Under the pieces are notes generated by a model that worked only from the letters and a program-made list of their open reading frames with translations, did no database searches and was not told the origin of the DNA. A DNA stretch of 59,805 bases, filler included. It is 4 parts of 4 records of this genome, joined end to end, with 100 filler letters (N's around TTAATTAATTAA, not from the genome) between each part and the next. Parts side by side here need not be neighbours in the genome. Positions count along the whole stretch, not along the records: positions 45,918 to 52,179 come from SRR31156797_5208; positions 52,280 to 59,805 come from SRR31156797_5222; 2 more parts are not named here. One strand, given 5' to 3'. The position numbers and the translations under genes were made by a program. Shown here piece by piece: positions 50,531 through 59,351 of this stretch; position 1 is the stretch's first letter; each line of letters opens with the position of its first letter.

Positions 50531-52156
50531 ATGGAATTACAAATGAAAAAAATAATAATAATACTTGGATTTATAGGTTTGATTTTCGCTTCATGTTCCG
50601 ATTTCCTTGAAGAAGAAAATCTATCGAGTGTAACTGCTGAAGAATTTTATGTGAAAGCAGAAGGTTATAATGCCTTGGTTAACGCGAATTATTCGCAATT
50701 AAGAGAGATTTTTGGGGTTGAAGCCTGGATGTTTATGGCAGGAACCGATTTATATGTAGAAGGAAGAGATCCAATGCCTGAAGGACTCTCAAAATATTTT
50801 GAATTAGGACCCAACTCTGAAGGTGTAGATCAATTATATAATGCCTGTTATAAGGCTATTCAATCGGCTAACATGGCTTTGTATTATGCCGATCTTACTG
50901 AACAAACGAGTGATCTTGATCAGAAAAAAGGAGAGGTTCAGTATTTACGTGCATTATCGTATTTCTTGCTTGTTCAAAGTTATGGCGGCGTAGCTCTTGT
51001 AGAAGATTATATTTCTGAACCGCAACTGGTGTTTGACAGAAATAGCGCCGAAGAGATTTACTCCTTTGTTATTACTGAACTTGAATCGGCTTTGAACCTG
51101 GTTTCTTCAGGCGATTACAATGGTCGCGTTACAAAACGTGCTGTTCAACATCTGCTTGCAAAGGTTCATTTAACCAGAGGATATGAAAGTTATGGATCAG
51201 CTAATGATTTTTCTGATGCTGCCACGTATGCCGACGCTGCCATAGCCGGTCAGGGGCTTACCTCATCATTTGAAGAACTTTGGACACCCGGAAATGAGGA
51301 TAACGATGAAGTCTTGTTTTCTGTTCAATATAGCGCTGCAAGCATTAGCACCGATCCAACAGGTCTTGGGCATCAGCAGGCCAGTTACTATAGTTCATAC
51401 CTTGGGGGTAGTGAAGTTGCGGGCAAAGCTCCATTCCGGAATTTTGCAACCACTGTTACCCATCATGCGCTTGATTTGTATACAGAAGACGATGAACGGT
51501 TTTACGCAACTTTTATGATTGAGATCTTTGACAGGTACTATGACTACTTCGATGTTGAAGACCATAGTACATTAGCCGTAAAACATTATTACGCGCCAAA
51601 ATGGGCAAGTTCGGAACAAGATTTGGCAGATTATGCTGCAGCAAATCCTGAAGCCACCATACATCCGTGGGGGCAATACATTCCTTCGGTAAGTCGCACA
51701 AATGATTATGATTGTATCCCAACTAAAAAGTTTGATGATCCTAAATCAGAATTTGGGCGAAATGTTAGTACTCGGGATCTTATTTTGGCTCGACTGGGTG
51801 AAACTTACCTGTTAGCAGCGGAAGCTTATTTCAAAGCCGGAGATCCGGGTACTGCAGCTAATCGTATTAATGAGGTGAGAGGAAGGGCTAATACAACCCT
51901 GATTACTTCAGGAGATGTTACAATCGATTTTATTCTGGATGAACGTGCAAGAGAATTATTAGGAGAGTATCACAGGTGGTTCGACCTGAAACGGACTGGT
52001 AAATTGGTTGAAAGAGCTTCATTACATAGCTATGTTATTGAAGAAAGTAACTTCGATGGCAACAATGGAGAATTAAAAATTCTTAGACCGATTCCGCAGG
52101 AAGCGATTGATTTGAATCAGAACAAAGATTTCCCACAAAATCCAGCTTACAATTAG
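50531..52156 (+). CDS. susD: SusD/RagB lipoprotein
   Basis: Lipobox FAS-C, LRALSYF, RLGETYLLAAEA, ILDERARELLGE, RWFDLKR, RPIPQ, QNPAY. Confidence 0.95.
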   Translation: MELQMKKIIIILGFIGLIFASCSDFLEEENLSSVTAEEFYVKAEGYNALVNANYSQLREIFGVEAWMFMAGTDLYVEGRDPMPEGLSKYFELGPNSEGVDQLYNACYKAIQSANMALYYADLTEQTSDLDQKKGEVQYLRALSYFLLVQSYGGVALVEDYISEPQLVFDRNSAEEIYSFVITELESALNLVSSGDYNGRVTKRAVQHLLAKVHLTRGYESYGSANDFSDAATYADAAIAGQGLTSSFEELWTPGNEDNDEVLFSVQYSAASISTDPTGLGHQQASYYSSYLGGSEVAGKAPFRNFATTVTHHALDLYTEDDERFYATFMIEIFDRYYDYFDVEDHSTLAVKHYYAPKWASSEQDLADYAAANPEATIHPWGQYIPSVSRTNDYDCIPTKKFDDPKSEFGRNVSTRDLILARLGETYLLAAEAYFKAGDPGTAANRINEVRGRANTTLITSGDVTIDFILDERARELLGEYHRWFDLKRTGKLVERASLHSYVIEESNFDGNNGELKILRPIPQEAIDLNQNKDFPQNPAYN

Positions 52157-52179
52157 ACAGATTTTTTTAGATAAGTTTG

Positions 52180-52279
52180 NNNNNNNNNNNNNNNNNNNNN
52201 NNNNNNNNNNNNNNNNNNNNNNNTTAATTAATTAANNNNNNNNNNNNNNNNNNNNNNNNNNNNNNNNNNNNNNNNNNNN
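52180..52279. other. Artificial contig spacer
   Basis: 44 N + TTAATTAATTAA + 44 N. Confidence 0.98.
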
Positions 52280-52280
52280 A

Positions 52281-52487
52281 ATCATGGCTGTCGCGGATGT
52301 GTACGATGCTCTGAGGAACAAACGGCACTATAAAGACTCCATCAGCCATGAGGAGACAATTCAGATTATAAAAAGCGGCTCGGGAACCCATTTTCAGCCG
52401 GAGCTTGTCGAGGCCTTGCTAAGAATACAGAATGACTTTGAGATGATTTCCATTGATATGAAAGATGAAAAGGATGATCCCCGCTGA
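52281..52487 (+). CDS. 3' end of an HD-GYP domain protein (5'-truncated)
   Basis: IMAVADVYDALRNKRHYK...GSGTHFQPELVEA. Confidence 0.85.
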   Translation: MMAVADVYDALRNKRHYKDSISHEETIQIIKSGSGTHFQPELVEALLRIQNDFEMISIDMKDEKDDPR

Positions 52488-52522
52488 GTCCGGCGCGGAG
52501 ATCCCCCCCACGGGCTTTGAAG

Positions 52523-54367
52523 TTATAGCTCTCCTGGATTCTTCGGAAGAGAGACATGGACGGACAAGCCTCCATTCTGCCTGTTCCTTGCGGTTATGCT
52601 CCCTTTATGCTTCTTCACTATGCTATGGCAGATGGAGAGACCCATTCCCAAGTTTTTCCCACCTGTTTTTGATGTGAAGAAGGGAAGGAAAATGGATTGG
52701 AGTTCCTTTTCCGGCAGTCCCGGTCCGCTGTCCGCTATCCGGATGTGAACCGATTCCTCGTCGTCTGTGTCCGACTCCCAGCGGACTTCAAGCTCTCCGT
52801 TCTCTTTTACTGCCTCGAAACTGTTTTTCAGAAGATTCAAAAGGAGCTGTTTTATCTCGAGCTTGTTCGCGGATATGATAAGTTCGTCTTCTTCCTTCTC
52901 CCTGACTTTCAGGACAATATTCCTTTTCCTGGCCTCGTAATTAATCAGCTGAACTATCCCTCTGACAGTCTCTCCCAGGTCGAAGCTTTGGATGCGGTCC
53001 TGCTCATTCCGGGGGGAGAGGGCCACCAGATTTTCCAGAATCAGTGAGATATCCCGAATCTCCTCCTCGATATTGATCAGTGAGTCTGTTATCTGGGGAT
53101 TACTGTTATTAAAGCGGATATTTTCGATGTAATAGTGAATGATCTCCAGGGGATTATTGATCTCATGGGCCACGCCGCTTGCCAGGAGGCCCACGGATGC
53201 CAGGTTCTCCGAGAGCTGGATCTTCTTGCTGAGCTCGTCATAGGCGCTTATGTCCTCGATGATCAGGATCGTTCCGATCAGCTTCTCCCCCTCTTTAATG
53301 GGAAACAGGGTAATGTTATTCAGCGTAGCGCCGTCGGCCGTCTGAAGCTCTTCGTTGAAAAAACGTTTCTCCAGCCCCCTTGAGAAAAAGGGGCGGAGCC
53401 GTCCGGTCATCTCCTCATTGTCAGGACCCAGAAGGGCTTTGAGAGAGCTGTCTCCGGCGCCCTCTCTACGGGGAAACAACCGGGCCGCCTGTTTGTTGAC
53501 CAGCTTCACGTGCTCTTCATTGTTGATCAGAATCAGGTTGACCGGCAGATCGTTCAAAATCGTCTCATTGAATTTCAGAAGCTCCGTAAACGACTGTTGC
53601 GTAAGGTACTGAAGGCTTTCGGTAATCTGGGTGTAGGCCAGCTTGATCAGCGCTATCCTGTCAATCTTATCCGCTTCCTCAGTGGCGAAAATATAACCGT
53701 CCCGGATAACCGACACCCTGTCGGCAAAGAAGAAAATATCGTCAATCCTGTGAGTGATGAAAACGATGCCCATCCCTTTTTCCCTGCGCTTTTTGAGGAT
53801 GCTGTGAACCAGCTTCAGGGTCCGGGCGTTCAGTTTTTCCAGAGCCTCGTCAATAATGAGAAAGTCCGGTTTCTTATAGAGGGCTTTCAGGATATCCACA
53901 AGAACCAGATCGCTCAGCCCCAGACGACGGACAGGGGCTTCTATATCGATGTCGAAATCCTCTCCGATGGATTCGAGAAAAGCGCTGACCTTCTTTATCT
54001 GCCCTTTTCTGGTCTGCAGCGGAAAGACTGATATACTGTCATCCAGGATAATGTTTTCCCATACCTTAAAATCCCGGACCAGAGGGTTCTGCTGGCTAAC
54101 ATAATAGATATTCAGTTCTCTGGCCTTCTTTCTGTTCAGTGTGACAGCTGTAAGGCCGTTAAGCAGGACCTTCCCTCCCGAAGGCTGAAAGTACCCGCTG
54201 AGGATATGGGCCAGGGTGGATTTCCCGGCACCGTGTTCTCCTACTACCGCATGGATTTCACCTGCCCGGATCTTGAAATTCGTCTTTTTCAGGACTTCGT
54301 AACTGCCATAGCTGTAGCAGAGGTCCTCTAAGGCTATATTCCGGAGCTTATTTCTTTGGGCTTTCAT
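52523..54367 (-). CDS. Fusion protein: sugar-ABC ATPase domain + PAS + histidine kinase
   Basis: aa ~10-245: Walker A GEHGAGKST, Q-loop VSQ, Walker B LIIDE, H-loop ITH, DRVSVIRDG. aa ~268-375: PAS-like. Then GVAHEINNPL (H401), NLLKNS, DSGPG, FLPFFTSK, GMGLSI. No TM segment. Confidence 0.9.
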   Translation of the reverse strand: MKAQRNKLRNIALEDLCYSYGSYEVLKKTNFKIRAGEIHAVVGEHGAGKSTLAHILSGYFQPSGGKVLLNGLTAVTLNRKKARELNIYYVSQQNPLVRDFKVWENIILDDSISVFPLQTRKGQIKKVSAFLESIGEDFDIDIEAPVRRLGLSDLVLVDILKALYKKPDFLIIDEALEKLNARTLKLVHSILKKRREKGMGIVFITHRIDDIFFFADRVSVIRDGYIFATEEADKIDRIALIKLAYTQITESLQYLTQQSFTELLKFNETILNDLPVNLILINNEEHVKLVNKQAARLFPRREGAGDSSLKALLGPDNEEMTGRLRPFFSRGLEKRFFNEELQTADGATLNNITLFPIKEGEKLIGTILIIEDISAYDELSKKIQLSENLASVGLLASGVAHEINNPLEIIHYYIENIRFNNSNPQITDSLINIEEEIRDISLILENLVALSPRNEQDRIQSFDLGETVRGIVQLINYEARKRNIVLKVREKEEDELIISANKLEIKQLLLNLLKNSFEAVKENGELEVRWESDTDDEESVHIRIADSGPGLPEKELQSIFLPFFTSKTGGKNLGMGLSICHSIVKKHKGSITARNRQNGGLSVHVSLPKNPGEL

Positions 54368-55689
54368 AACAGACCGTGCTTTTCCATCCTGTTATAGATT
54401 GTCCTGCGGCTGATATTAAGATACTCAGCTGCCCTTTTTTTGTTGTTCCGACACTCCTTCAGGGCGCGGATCAGCTCCTCTTTCTCCGAATCGCCGCTTT
54501 CGTATCCGGGAGACGGGGACAAACCCGAAGCATGTCCTGTTATATAGGGGGGAAGATCCTGCAGGCGGATCATTTCGGATGAGGACATGGTCATGGCGAA
54601 ATTGATGACGTTTTTCAGTTCCCTGATATTTCCGGGCCAATAGTAGCCGTACAACAGACTCCTGGCCTCGCTGTCCAGGGATTTCTCATGACCGAACTCC
54701 CTCATGAAATGGCTGATAAGTCCGGGGAGATCATCCCTTCTCTCTCTCAAAGGAGGCAGTCTGAACAGAGCCGTATTCAACCGGAAATAGAGGTCTTCCC
54801 GGAATTTCCCTTCCCGTATCAGCTCCTCCAGATCCTTATTTGTGGCGGCGATGAAGCGGACGTTCACCTTGATCGTTGTATTCCCTCCCAGGCGTCTGAT
54901 CTCGTTGTTCTGCAATGTCCGCAATACACGGGACTGGATCTCCATGGGCATGTCGCCGATCTCATCCAGAAAGAGAGTCCCCCCGTCGGCCTGTTCGAAG
55001 ATTCCTTTGTAAAGGGTTTCCGCCCCCGTATAGGCTCCCTTCTCATGCCCGAACAGTTCATTGTCCAATAGATTGGCGGGGAAGGAGGCGCAGTTGATTT
55101 TATAAAGCTTGCGGGATGCCCTGAGCGAGTTGTTATGAACGAACTCGGTCATAACCTCCTTCCCCGTGCCGCTCTCTCCTGTAAAAACGATGGGGAAGTC
55201 CGTCCTGGCCATCTTTCTTACCTTCATCATCAGCTCATGAAGAGCGGGGCTCATCGTCGGAATAGAGGCGCTGGTCTGAACAAGCCTTTCCTTCAGCCCG
55301 GCGTTCTCATCCGCCAGCCGACTGGACTGGAGGGCGTTCTCCACAACGCGCTGTACTCTGGCAAAGGGAACGGGTTTCTGCATATAGTCCCAGGCTCCCA
55401 GCTTGATCGCATCCACTGCCGTTTCAATCGATGCATAACCGGTCATGATGATCACGGGGAGCCGCGGCTTCACCTCCTGGATCTTTTTCAGAACATCGAT
55501 TCCATTCTCTTCCCCCAGTTTCAGGTCCAGGAGAACGGCGTCGATTGCATTGCCGTCCAGTATGCGAAGCGCATCATCGCCGTTAAGGGCATAAAGGCTG
55601 TTATACCCCAGATTCTGAAAATCATGGGAGAGGATACGACAGAGCTTTTCTTTATCGTCTATGATTAAAATTGTGTAATTAGTGTGCAT
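54364..55689 (-). CDS. Sigma-54-dependent response regulator (NtrC family); start reassigned to MHTNY at 55689
   Basis: IIDD/LLDL/TGY/KP receiver, GESGTGKE, ELFGHEKGAYTGA, LFLDEIG, WPGNIREL, HTH; 4-nt overlap with the kinase start. Confidence 0.95.
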   Translation of the reverse strand: MHTNYTILIIDDKEKLCRILSHDFQNLGYNSLYALNGDDALRILDGNAIDAVLLDLKLGEENGIDVLKKIQEVKPRLPVIIMTGYASIETAVDAIKLGAWDYMQKPVPFARVQRVVENALQSSRLADENAGLKERLVQTSASIPTMSPALHELMMKVRKMARTDFPIVFTGESGTGKEVMTEFVHNNSLRASRKLYKINCASFPANLLDNELFGHEKGAYTGAETLYKGIFEQADGGTLFLDEIGDMPMEIQSRVLRTLQNNEIRRLGGNTTIKVNVRFIAATNKDLEELIREGKFREDLYFRLNTALFRLPPLRERRDDLPGLISHFMREFGHEKSLDSEARSLLYGYYWPGNIRELKNVINFAMTMSSSEMIRLQDLPPYITGHASGLSPSPGYESGDSEKEELIRALKECRNNKKRAAEYLNISRRTIYNRMEKHGLL

Positions 55690-55705
55690 GTTGTAGCCTT
55701 TGACC

Positions 55706-55741
55706 TTTACATACTTTACACTAAGTGTACATTTTTTTACA
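55706..55741. promoter_or_regulatory. Putative upstream activator sites for the sigma-54 promoter
   Basis: TTTACATACTTTACA (55706-55720) and TGTACATTTTTTTACA (TGT-N10-ACA, 55726-55741), about 90-125 bp upstream of the -24 box. Confidence 0.5.
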
Positions 55742-55830
55742 ACTTCTTTTTTTGCCATTTTCAAAAGGAAGTTTTTTAAACTTCTATCTGGCAATGATAT
55801 ATAATATTTTTTTGCAATTCTGCCGGAAGC

Positions 55831-55846
55831 TGGCATGGCCTTTGCA
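55831..55846 (+). promoter_or_regulatory. Sigma-54 (-24/-12) promoter of the ABC operon
   Basis: TGGCATGGCCTTTGCA versus consensus TGGCACG-N4-TTGCW (GG-N10-GC intact). Confidence 0.85.
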
Positions 55847-55908
55847 ATTTAAGAAGCAAAGCCTCCCAAATGAAAACGGGAAGGCTATTTAGACCTAAAG
55901 GAGTTTTT

Positions 55909-57045
55909 ATGAAACGGAATCTTTTATTTCTGGCTCTCTTTGTTGCAGGGTGTTTTACGCTGACCGCCGAGGGGCAGAAGGATACGGCTGCGGCAGAGGA
56001 GACGGTTGTCGTCGCGGAAGCGGATTTGCCGGAGATCAGCGACAGCGACCTCGCCCTGGCAAAAGGACCTAACGGGGAGGAAGCCGTAAGGGCCGGGGAG
56101 ATCAGCCTGAGCGGGTCTCAGGTCGCCCTGTTAAAAGAGGGCGGATACAAGGCGGCTCTGCTCTGGGCCGGCTCCGGTGAATGGTACAACGCTCTGTCCA
56201 AAGGAGCGGAAGAAGAGTTCGCCCGTCTGGGAATCAAGGTCGTATCCAATGCGGACGCCCAGTTCGATCCCGCCAAACAGGCGACCGATGTGGAAACCTG
56301 TATGGCCCTCAGGCCCGATGCCATACTGACTCTTGTGGTCGATCCCGTATCCGGCGCCAGGGCTTTCCGTCCGGTAGTGGACAACGATGTGACCCTTGTA
56401 TTCGCGGATAACGGAGTGGACGGCTACAAGGCCGGCAGTGAATATGTCAACGTTGTGACAGGGGATCACTACGGAATGGGACGAGCCGCCGCGGAACTTA
56501 TGAATGAGGCCTTGGACGGTGAAGGGAAGATAGGATTCATCTACCATGACGCGGATTTCTTTGTGACCAACAACAGAGACTCGGCCTTTAAGAAAGACAT
56601 CGAGAACAAGTATCCCGGCATGGAGATCGTGGCGGAAAAGGGCTTCTCAGAGGAGAGCGCCACGGAAGAGGTCACCAACGCCATGCTGACCCAGCATCCC
56701 GATATCACCGGTATCTACGTGGCCTGGGATGTGGCCGCGGAAGGCGTCGTAGCGGCCCTCCGCTCCGGCGGATGGAAGGATGTGAAAGTCGTTACTCATG
56801 ATCTGGGCGCCACGCTCGATCTGGATATCGCCAGAAACGGAAATGTTTACGGCAAGGTGGCGGACGTCCCCTACGACATCGGCGTCACCATGGCCCGTTC
56901 GGCGGCTCTGAAGCTTCTGGGCGAAGAGGTTCCTCCCTTTGTCGTGGTTCCCTACCTGAAAATGACGAGTGAGAATATCCGGGAAGTCTGGAATCAGTCC
57001 CTTAGAAAAGATCCTCCCAAGAGTGTTCTGAAGTCCCTGAACTGA
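55909..57045 (+). CDS. Sugar ABC transporter substrate-binding protein (RbsB-like)
   Basis: AAAGGAG RBS before ATG 55909; signal MKRNLLFLALFVAGCFTLTA-EGQKD; DAQFDPAKQ, DHYGMGRAAA, IYVAWDVAAEG. Confidence 0.9.
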   Translation: MKRNLLFLALFVAGCFTLTAEGQKDTAAAEETVVVAEADLPEISDSDLALAKGPNGEEAVRAGEISLSGSQVALLKEGGYKAALLWAGSGEWYNALSKGAEEEFARLGIKVVSNADAQFDPAKQATDVETCMALRPDAILTLVVDPVSGARAFRPVVDNDVTLVFADNGVDGYKAGSEYVNVVTGDHYGMGRAAAELMNEALDGEGKIGFIYHDADFFVTNNRDSAFKKDIENKYPGMEIVAEKGFSEESATEEVTNAMLTQHPDITGIYVAWDVAAEGVVAALRSGGWKDVKVVTHDLGATLDLDIARNGNVYGKVADVPYDIGVTMARSAALKLLGEEVPPFVVVPYLKMTSENIREVWNQSLRKDPPKSVLKSLN

Positions 57046-57076
57046 TTCATTCGGAGGCCATACTAACAATTACCGA

Positions 57077-57120
57077 CCGGAACGGCTTAAGCCGTTCCGG
57101 CATTTACCGGATTCGTCCGG
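57077..57120 (+). other. Intercistronic hairpins after the binding-protein gene
   Basis: Perfect 24-bp palindrome CCGGAACGGCTTAAGCCGTTCCGG, then CCGGA-TTCG-TCCGG; no U tail. Confidence 0.7.
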
Positions 57121-57134
57121 AAACCGGAGGAATT

Positions 57135-58100
57135 ATGACTTTTACCTTAGCGAAAAAAGAATCCCTTACGGATTTTATCAAACAGTATATCGTGTATATC
57201 AGCTTTATCTTCCTGCTGATTATCTTTTCCCTTATCCTTCATGACAAAGGATTTTTGTCCGGAATCAATCTGATGAATATCCTCAGGCAGACGGCGATGG
57301 TTTCTGTTATGGCTGTGGGTATGACCTTTGCCATTTCCGCGGGAGAAATCGATCTTTCCATCGGAGGGACCGTGGCCTTGTCCGCCTTAGTCGCCGCTCT
57401 GGTCCTGGAACGGGTCGACGCGGTTTTCCCGGCAGTGGCCGCTGCCATGCTATGCGGCGGCGTTGTGGGCTTTACCAACGGCCTCATCACCACGAAAGCA
57501 CGCATCCCCGCCTTCCTGGTCACCCTGGGCACGTCCAGTATCGTCACCGGCCTGGCCCGTACGATCACCAACCTGGAAGCCGTTCCCATTATCAATGAAA
57601 ATTTCACCTTCATCTTCGGATCTGGCGATATAGGTTTCATCTCCACCCTCTTCGTCTGGACTGCCGTCGCCGCTCTCTTCGGCCATATCCTTTTGAAGCA
57701 TACCCCCTTCGGCAAAGCCGTTCTGGCTACGGGAGGGAACAGGAACGCCGCCCATTACACAGGGATAAAAACGGATGTGACCCGTCTGATGGTTCTGGTT
57801 ATCACAGGGCTCAGCGCCTCTCTGGCGGGGATCTTATATGCCGGTCGTCTGCACGGTGCCCGGTATACCCTGGGAGAAGCGGACGTCATGACCGTCATCG
57901 CCGCTGTCATTATCGGCGGAACCAGCTTTACCGGAGGAAAGGGGAGCGCCGTCGGCGCCATCATCGGCTCTGTTATTATGGGGATGCTGAACAATGCCCT
58001 TCTGCTGATGGGCCTCTCCGTGTCCGAGCAGATGATAGCCAGAGGCGTCATTATAATCATTGCGGTTTCTCTCAGTCTGCGGGAGAGCAGCGGCCACTAA
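57135..58100 (+). CDS. Sugar ABC transporter permease (RbsC-like)
   Basis: GEIDLSIG, IPAFLVTLG, TPFGKAVLATGGNRNAAHYTGI, IAAVIIGGTSFTGGKG. Confidence 0.94.
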   Translation: MTFTLAKKESLTDFIKQYIVYISFIFLLIIFSLILHDKGFLSGINLMNILRQTAMVSVMAVGMTFAISAGEIDLSIGGTVALSALVAALVLERVDAVFPAVAAAMLCGGVVGFTNGLITTKARIPAFLVTLGTSSIVTGLARTITNLEAVPIINENFTFIFGSGDIGFISTLFVWTAVAALFGHILLKHTPFGKAVLATGGNRNAAHYTGIKTDVTRLMVLVITGLSASLAGILYAGRLHGARYTLGEADVMTVIAAVIIGGTSFTGGKGSAVGAIIGSVIMGMLNNALLLMGLSVSEQMIARGVIIIIAVSLSLRESSGH

Positions 58101-58157
58101 TCGAAAAGCCGCGCACTGGAACAAACATCTCTAAAACTTACAAACCGGGGGAACTCT

Positions 58158-59351
58158 ATGTTCTTACAATCACTGATAAACAGAAATCCTGAATTTATAA
58201 AGGCGGCGGTTCAGTTCCATCAGGAGCTGAAAATCCCCTCGAACTGCTGCGTGCTCGATCTGGACGCGGTCCGGAAGAACGCTTCCCATATCAGCAGCAG
58301 CGCCGCGGCGCGGGGCATGACGACCATGGGTATGACCAAACAGATCGGCAGGCACAAGCCGGCCCTGAAGGCCATCGCCGAAGGCGGTATCGACAGCTTT
58401 GTCACCGTCGATATCAAAGGACTGAGGTCCCTGAGCTCGGGAGGGTATAAAATCGGGCATGCCGGGCATCTGGTGCAGATCCCTCTGGGGGATATCCCCT
58501 TCTGCCTCTCCCGCAAACCGGAGTACTGGACCGTCTTCAACAGGGAGAGCCTGGACAGGATCAACAGGGAGGCGGCCGCACAGAATCTCACCCAGAAAAT
58601 CCTTCTCAGGATATACGGGGAGGGTGACCATTTTTATGAAGGCCATGCCGGAGGCATCTCGGTCGGCGAGCTGGAATCGGTCGTTTCCTACATGGACGGT
58701 CTCAGCCATCTGCAGTTTGCGGGGCTGACCACATTCCCCTGTATGCTGTTCAATCAGGAGAGGGGAACCGTAGAGAAAACCCATAACCTGGGCACCCTCA
58801 GCAAAGCCGCTTCCCGAATGGTCAGCCTGGGATTCAACGACCTGGAGGTAAACGCTCCGGGAACAACCTCCTCGGAGGTCCTTTCCCTCCTGGCGGAGGA
58901 GGGGGTGACCCAGGTGGAACCGGGGCATGGCCTTACGGGGACCACCCCTCTGCACGCGGTCAGGGAACTGGAGGAGCTTCCCGCGGTTCTCTACCTTTCC
59001 GAGCTGGCCCACATACACGGGAATACCCCCTATTTCTACGGCGGCGGTCTGTACATCGATCCTGTCTTCCCCTCTTACGCCCCCTCCGTTCTGACGGCCT
59101 CTGCTGCGGATAATATTCTGGAACGCCGATTCAAAGCACAGATTCCTCCCTATGAGGCGATCGATTACTACGGAATGATCCACGGCGCCGAAGAGGCGGG
59201 CTGCCGGATCGGCGATGCGGTGGTGCTGGGCTTCCGGCCCCAGGCCTTCGTCCGCACGTCTTATGTCGCTTCCATCTCTGGGATCTCAAAGGGAAAGCCG
59301 GTGCTGGAAGGAATCAGCGATTCCAACGGAGGAGAGCTGCAATGGCCGTAG
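58158..59351 (+). CDS. YhfX-like PLP-dependent enzyme (alanine racemase fold)
   Basis: LDLD, MTKQIGR (putative PLP Lys), GHLVQIP, GLTTFPC, NAPGTTS, EPGHGLTGTTPLH, YLSE, YGGG, IDYY, FRPQAF. Confidence 0.82.
   Translation: MFLQSLINRNPEFIKAAVQFHQELKIPSNCCVLDLDAVRKNASHISSSAAARGMTTMGMTKQIGRHKPALKAIAEGGIDSFVTVDIKGLRSLSSGGYKIGHAGHLVQIPLGDIPFCLSRKPEYWTVFNRESLDRINREAAAQNLTQKILLRIYGEGDHFYEGHAGGISVGELESVVSYMDGLSHLQFAGLTTFPCMLFNQERGTVEKTHNLGTLSKAASRMVSLGFNDLEVNAPGTTSSEVLSLLAEEGVTQVEPGHGLTGTTPLHAVRELEELPAVLYLSELAHIHGNTPYFYGGGLYIDPVFPSYAPSVLTASAADNILERRFKAQIPPYEAIDYYGMIHGAEEAGCRIGDAVVLGFRPQAFVRTSYVASISGISKGKPVLEGISDSNGGELQWP

Noticed and set aside
52281-52487. HD-GYP gene as part of the ABC-kinase system
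   Set aside because: Convergent orientation and only a fragment is visible; no evidence of linkage.
55690-55908. N-terminal extensions of the regulator (to 55836) and binding protein (from 55870) in the ORF track
   Set aside because: The regulator extension runs through the sigma-54 promoter and enhancer region; the receiver domain starts at 55689, and the RBS plus signal peptide fit 55909.
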